Shown piece after piece: positions 58,636-64,000 of a stretch of DNA of 64,000 nt (position 1 is its first letter; every line of letters begins with the position of its first letter). The DNA lies in assembly GCA_965240325.2 (NCBI GenBank), contig OZ251229.1, positions 2,666,001 to 2,730,000 of the forward strand, written 5' to 3'. The DNA is from Rebecca billardiae RCC1528 (Eukaryota; Protista; Haptophyta). Under the pieces are notes generated by a model that saw nothing but the letters and a program-made list of their open reading frames with translations, was not told the DNA's origin and ran no database searches. Made by a program: the position numbers and the translations under genes.

Positions 58636-59060
58636 AAGGTATCTCGGCGACGAGCGTAGCTCCGTAGCTGCCACTGGCAGAATCTGCGGAGTATATTTCA
58701 AATAGACACCCAGCAGTTCGGGTTGTCGACGAGACCCACCTCATATTTATTGACAGCAGCCTTGGTGGTCATCCGGCGAGACACATTCGGCACGCGTCAC
58801 TCCCTCGACTAGCGTGTGGAGGCAGGGCAGTGGCACTGGGCCACCTGGTCACGTGTTTGCGAGGACGCTGGTCTCATCGCGCCAACGCGTCAGCAGCTGC
58901 TCGCAGGAGCACCACAGTGGTCCGTACCAGCGCGTGCCCGCCGTGCTGACCTGCGCGCCGGCGCGCCGCGGCCGGCAGGCATTGCTTTCGACGTTACTGA
59001 GCGATTCGAACCGTTATTCGGGTACTGCTGGCCGATTCCGTGCGGATCTTCGGCAGCCAT

Positions 59061-59745
59061 GCCCGCGTGCAGGAGCGGCTGGCGCGGCGGCGCGCGGCCG
59101 GATGGGCGCGCGGCGGGGCCGCGCCGACCCGCCGCACCCGTATGCAGCGCGCGCGGCGCGCGTGGAGAGCTTCTGGGAGCAGCCGACCCACCCCATCATC
59201 TCCCGACCAGCTCCACGGCAAGCAGCTGGCGGCTCACGGTTGGGTGAGGCTGACGCCTGAGTCAGCCCGCGTGCAGGAGCGGCTGGCGCGGCGGCGCGCG
59301 GCCGGATGGGCGCGCGGCGGGGCCGCGCCGACCCGCCGCACCCGCATGCAGCGCGCGCGGCGCGCGTGGGGAGCTTCTGGGAGCAGCCGACCCACCCCAT
59401 CCTCTCCCGACCAGCTCCACGGCAAGCAGCTGGCGGCTCACGGTTGGGTGAGGCTGACGCCTGAGTCAGCCCGCGTGCAGGAGCGGCTGGCGCGGCGGCG
59501 CGCGGCCGGATGGGCGCGCGGCGGGGCCGCGCCGACCCGCCGCACCCGTATGCAGCGCGCGCGGCGCGCGTGGAGAGCTTCTGGGAGCAGCCGACCCACC
59601 CCATCATCTCCCGACCAGCTCCACGGCAAGCAGCGGCGGTTGGGTGAGGCTGGCGCCTCGGTCAGCCCGCGTGCAGGAGCGGCTGGCGCGGCGGCGTGCG
59701 GCCGGATGGGCGCGCGCCGGGGCCGCGCCAGCCCACCGTGCCCGC
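59061..59745. repeat. Tandem repeat, 204 bp x ~3.4
   Basis: Unit GCCCGCGTGCAGGAGCGGCTGG... starts at 59061, 59265, 59469 and 59665. Confidence 0.92.
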
Positions 59746-59840
59746 GCGCGCCGCCGTCGAGCTCGCGCGGCCTCTGAGAAGCCGTCGTCTTCAGCTCCCT
59801 GGCTGACAGTCACTCAACATGCGGCAGGCGAGTGTGCACA

Positions 59841-60622
59841 CAGGGTCCCCAACAATTGTTCGGACACTGATTTTTGCTGACTACGGCTGCTAACGATGAG
59901 ATGGGCCAGAGGCTCGCATGAGCGCCATGGACCTTACTCCTCGGATGACGACAGGGTGTGGGTGCAGCGAGCGGCGCGCTCAGCGTGTGGCCAGGGCTGG
60001 CTTGGATGTACAGCTCAACCGACTAGCGGTTGGCTCTGAACAGGTCCACGGAGCCCCCGCGGGTGGCATGCCTGCTAAAATTCGTATCTGGCGCACGGTT
60101 GCATTTGGCGGCGGGCGGGTTGGTGCGCGCACTGGTGGGTCTCCAGCGTTCGCTGCGGGTAGTGGCGCCGACTGTAGCCCTTGCCTGCACGGCCAGAGCC
60201 GATCGATGGGCTGTGCAGCAGCTGTGCAAGCGAGGTGCGCAACTGGTAGGCTGGTCCGATCGAGCCGTATATACTCCTGGTGTAGCGCTACGTCCGGGCT
60301 TGCCCAGGGCTGTCGAGCGCATGCCGCATAGTCATCGACCATGCCACGTAATAATATCTGCGCGGCCTTGAGCGGGCTTGCTGGCTACAGACATGCGCAG
60401 AAGCCACACGGCTGCTTCACGGCCCTCACGACCAGCCTTGTGCCGACTGTCCGCATGACCCAGAGGGGTGCTCCACGCGGGCTGCCCGGCTATGCGCGGT
60501 CGCAGACAGACCTAGTGGGGTGCACACGAGCCGAGCTGGCCGCTCCTGACCCCGCGCGAGGCAGCCACAGGCCGTACGCTGAGCTGCTGCCCAAAGTGTC
60601 CAGTTTAATGTTGGAGACCCTG
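59841..60622. mobile_element. 782-bp Tc1/mariner-like unit, right copy (direct repeat of 57854-58635)
   Basis: Apparently identical sequence (identical ORF translations offset by 1987 bp); followed by TA. Confidence 0.8.
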
Positions 60623-61829
60623 TATTAACAGTGTACTCGCGTAGTCATCAGCGTCGTGATAAGTCAGTTAATAATTTAAGTGCCGTGCACGCAAGTTGAG
60701 ATGACCCACTTATTGACCCAGGGTGAGGGATCTGCTCTGTCGGATCAGAATTCAGACGCGATGATATATATATATATATATACACATATATATATATATA
60801 CATACGCGACTCGCATTATATATTACGAGTTACGACGATTCCTGCGAGGCGGACTCGTCATTACTGCTATACTCATCACGCAATGAGTGATTCAATGACG
60901 TCACTCACGTCAGACTCAGTCGTCACCGACACCGTCGACGGCCCGCCGGCCGCCCCCGCGCCCCGGGCCCGGCGCCCCCGCGCCGCCGGCCCCCCACCCC
61001 CGGCCCCGGCGGCGATCCTAAGACAGACCTATAAGCCTAAGTAGTAAGTCAGGACGCTAACGGCTAAGGCGACCGAGCCGCCCCGAGCGGCCGCGGCGCC
61101 GGCCCGTGAGCATGTGACGGACAGACAGACAGACGGTGCCCGACTCGACCCGTGAGGGCACGTGAGGCTTGAGCCGGCGGACACGGGCCGCCGCCGCGCC
61201 GCAGGCCGTGACTGTGAGTGTGAGGCCGGCGGCCTGCGCGTCCGGCGGCGCGCGGCGCGGCGGCGCCCGCGCGGCGGGCGGCGGCCGCGGGCCGCCCCGG
61301 TCGGCGGCGGCCCAAGCCGCCAGCGGGCGCGGCAGCACGGCCACGGGCGGGCGGTCGGGTCAGCCGGGCAGTAGCCCGGTACGGTAGCCTAGCAGTCGTT
61401 AGTAGCCGGACTTAAATCATAGTAAACTGTACTCTTACCGACGGTTTCCGCCCTTCGGCCGGCCCTTGGTACTGGCTGCGTATCATATCGCGTGTGACTA
61501 CTTGCGTCTGCTTACTTACGCGGGCCGGGCCGGGCGCCCGGGCCGCATGGTCCGTTGAGTGCACTCATATTATAATAAGTCATTTCGTGCGCGAACCGTC
61601 GGCAAAAAGAAACGGGCATTTACCCCGAACACCCTCGGCGGATTTTTTCTGCCGGGTCAATGACAATGAGTAAACCACCGCCTTCTAATGGCCCTGTAAC
61701 GGCCGGCGGGTCGCTCTGCGACACCCCTCGCCTATGATACTGCCTGAGCTGTGTGCGTCTCTTATTCTTAGTAAACTGTAGCGAGGGGTGCTCGACCGTT
61801 ACGGGGGAATAGATGCACCTGTGAGTAAA

Positions 61830-61978
61830 CCTGACACACTGATGAACACCGCGACTGATTTGCATCACGGGGGGGGGGTAAAATCTTGCATCCGTACAGC
61901 CTGACACACTGATGAACACCGCGAAGTCCTGATTTGCATCACGGGGGGGGGGGGGGGTAAAATCTTGCATCCGTACAG
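61830..61978. repeat. ~70-bp tandem duplication with poly-G tracts
   Basis: CCTGACACACTGATGAACACCGCGA...CTGATTTGCATCAC(G)nTAAAATCTTGCATCCGTACAG occurs twice. Confidence 0.85.
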
Positions 61979-62107
61979 TGAATTTAAGTATTGTCTCGTC
62001 AGTCGTCTATGATTATTAAAAACAGGACCGTCCGTAAGGTAGATACTAGATACCCGCGTGCCCCGTCATCAGCAATTTGGGCAACCAACATCCGCGGTTT
62101 GGGTGTG

Positions 62108-63453
62108 ATGATGACCCACCCGGGCCTGCGTGCCCTGTGCGCGCTGGTGCTGCCAGCAGTGGCGGTGCGGGGGCTCAACGTGGGCGTGATCGGGCCGATG
62201 GACATCGACGGCGTCAACGTGCTCTACGCCGCCGCACTCCTCGCCGCCGAGCACTTCAACGCGCGCAACGCGTCGATCACGAACGCGTTCGAGGGGCTCG
62301 ACGGCTGCGCGACGCGGTTCAACGCGACGCTGGTGGACTCGCGCGGCTCCGTGCGCACGGCGATCGACCACTTCGTCGACGGCGTGCAGCGCCAGGGCTG
62401 GCGCGCCGCCGTGGGCGCCGGCTACTCCTCCATCTCGGGGCCGCTCGCCCTGCTGGGCAGTCTCTTCGACGTGCCGCTCGTCAGCCCGGCGTCGCGCGCG
62501 GAGGACCTGGACGACCGCGACAAGTACCCGTACTTTGCGCGGAGCACGGCGTCCGTGAGCAGCACCGCGTACGCCATGGTGCGGTACATCTCGACGCTGG
62601 GCTGGGCCCGGCTCGGCATCGTCGCCGTCGCCGACCAGTTTGGGCGCTCGTTCGCGGCTGAGCTGCTTACCCTCTGCGCGGGCGTGGGCATCGAGGTGGT
62701 GGCGACGGTGTACTACACGCAGCTCGACGACGAGTCGATCGGCAGCGCGCTCGGCGTGCTCGCCGCTGGCGGCGAGCGCGCGCCGCGCGTCATCATCTCG
62801 ATCAACACCGCCGGGCAGGAGTCACGGGTGATCACGGCGGCGCACGCGGCCGGGCTCGTGTCGAGCGCGCACCACTGGCTGATCTCGTCCGGACTGACGG
62901 AGGTGGACCCGGACTCGGAGGCGGCGCGGCTGCTGGACGGCGCGGTGCAGATCGTCGGCGTGGGCGGGCGCGACGGCGACCCGCGCTGGGAGGCGCTGCG
63001 CGCCGAGCTGAGCGCGCGCAGCTGGGCGGAGTACGCGCACCTCGTGCCGCACGAGGCAGACAGGTTGCATCTCCCGAGCTGGCCTTACACGGTGACGCAT
63101 CGGGCGGCGTTCGGGTACGACGCGATGGCGCTGGTCGCGCGGGCGGTGTGCCTCGCGGGCGAGGAGGCGACGGCGGCCGAGCTCTACGCCGCCCTCACCG
63201 CGACGCCGAGCATCGTCGGCGCCACCGGCACCGTCGAGCTCAGCGCGAGCGGGACACGCACGCCCGCGTCGTCGGCGTTTGTTTGCCACAACCTCGTGTA
63301 CCGCCCGGACTCGGGCTTGGGCGAGGTCCGGCGGCAGGTGGGCGTGTTCGCGGCGGACGCGTGGGTCTTTGGTGAGGACACGCCGCTCGTCTTCGCCGGC
63401 GGCGCGACGACGCCGCCGTCTGACGGCACGGACGTGCCGCGCGCCGAGGGCGG

Positions 63454-63485
<32 letters not shown>

Positions 63486-64000
63486 GCGGCGGCGACGGCG
63501 GCGGCACGGTGACCGTCGAGGCCGCGGCGGGCGAGGGCGGTCTCCTCGTGCTCGTGCTCGTGCTCTGCCTCTCGCTCCTCTCCGTGCTCATCCTCGTGCT
63601 CCTCGTGTGCGCGCTCCGCTTCCGCCGCCGCGTCCACCAGCTCGAGGTGGGCGCAGAGCGGCCCGAACCAGTGCCCGTATTAATCATCTCGGATGCGGGC
63701 GAGGATCTCGACGACGAGATGGCGCTGCTGATGGGGAAGTTCTTGCAGGACGAGGGGCTGCTCGAGCTGCGCGGCGTGGTGGCGAACCTCACGCCGCCCG
63801 AGCCGCGCGCGCGCCTCGTCCGCGGCACGCTCGACGTGCTCGGCCTCACCAAGGTGCCGGTTGGGATAGGCACGGACGGCGGCTCACGTACGCACGAGGC
63901 GAACTTTCTGGAAACTGCCGAGTCGTATATGCCGCCGGCGCAGTCGCAGCGCGCGCGGAGCCTGGAGCCGGGGCGCGCGCTGATGCACCGCGTGCTCGTG
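62108..64000 (+). CDS. Single-pass receptor: signal peptide + Venus-flytrap (ANF-receptor/PBP1) ectodomain + TM + nucleoside-hydrolase-like domain; runs off the window end
   Basis: 631 codons with no stop (absent from the ORF track). AAVGAGYSSIS, VPLVSPASRAEDLDDRDKYPYFARS, FGYDAM and GATGTVEL are VFT motifs. TM LLVLVLVLCLSLLSVLILVLLVCAL is followed by RFRRR. Cytoplasmic VLIISDAGEDLDDEMAL...GVVANL...LGLTKVPVGIG. Confidence 0.85.

Noticed and set aside
57854-60622. LTR retrotransposon (two 782-bp direct repeats)
   Set aside because: No TG...CA ends, no convincing PBS or PPT, no gag/pol; each repeat has its own DNA-transposon-type TIRs.
60940-61395. C/G-rich tract with weak inverted ends
   Set aside because: Low complexity; the TIR match is poor and there is no TSD.
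1-64000. tRNA or rRNA genes, Fanzor/TnpB, reverse transcriptase
   Set aside because: No cloverleaf, rRNA-like sequence, RuvC motifs or YxDD RT motif were recognised by eye; a tRNAscan/HMM search would be needed to exclude them formally.

Overview
GC-rich eukaryotic nuclear DNA with spliceosomal GT-AG introns full of (CG)n/GCGCG runs and AT-rich intergenic islands. A zeta-carotene desaturase with a signal peptide followed by Phe indicates an alga with a secondary (red-lineage) plastid; a haptophyte such as Pavlovales is my inference. About 16 protein genes are supported: GT31-like glycosyltransferase, cathepsin L-like protease, GH16 beta-glucanase, ankyrin-like protein, an inverted pair of sulfotransferases, ADF/cofilin, exportin-7, a C2H2 zinc-finger protein, a Cys-less pentameric ligand-gated channel, bestrophin, ZDS and hypotheticals. 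They are interleaved with many non-autonomous transposons: five copies of a Helitron2/Helentron-like family, hAT elements, a foldback element, a Tc1-like composite and others. Two domain architectures missed by the ORF track stand out. (1) A spliced SPX-RING-Zn(II)2Cys6 protein (22092-24446) joins a phosphate/InsP sensor, an E3 ligase and a fungal-type DNA-binding domain. (2) A single-pass receptor (62108 to the window end) joins an extracellular Venus-flytrap domain to a cytoplasmic nucleoside-hydrolase-like domain. All gene models and domain calls were made by eye; no database searches were run.
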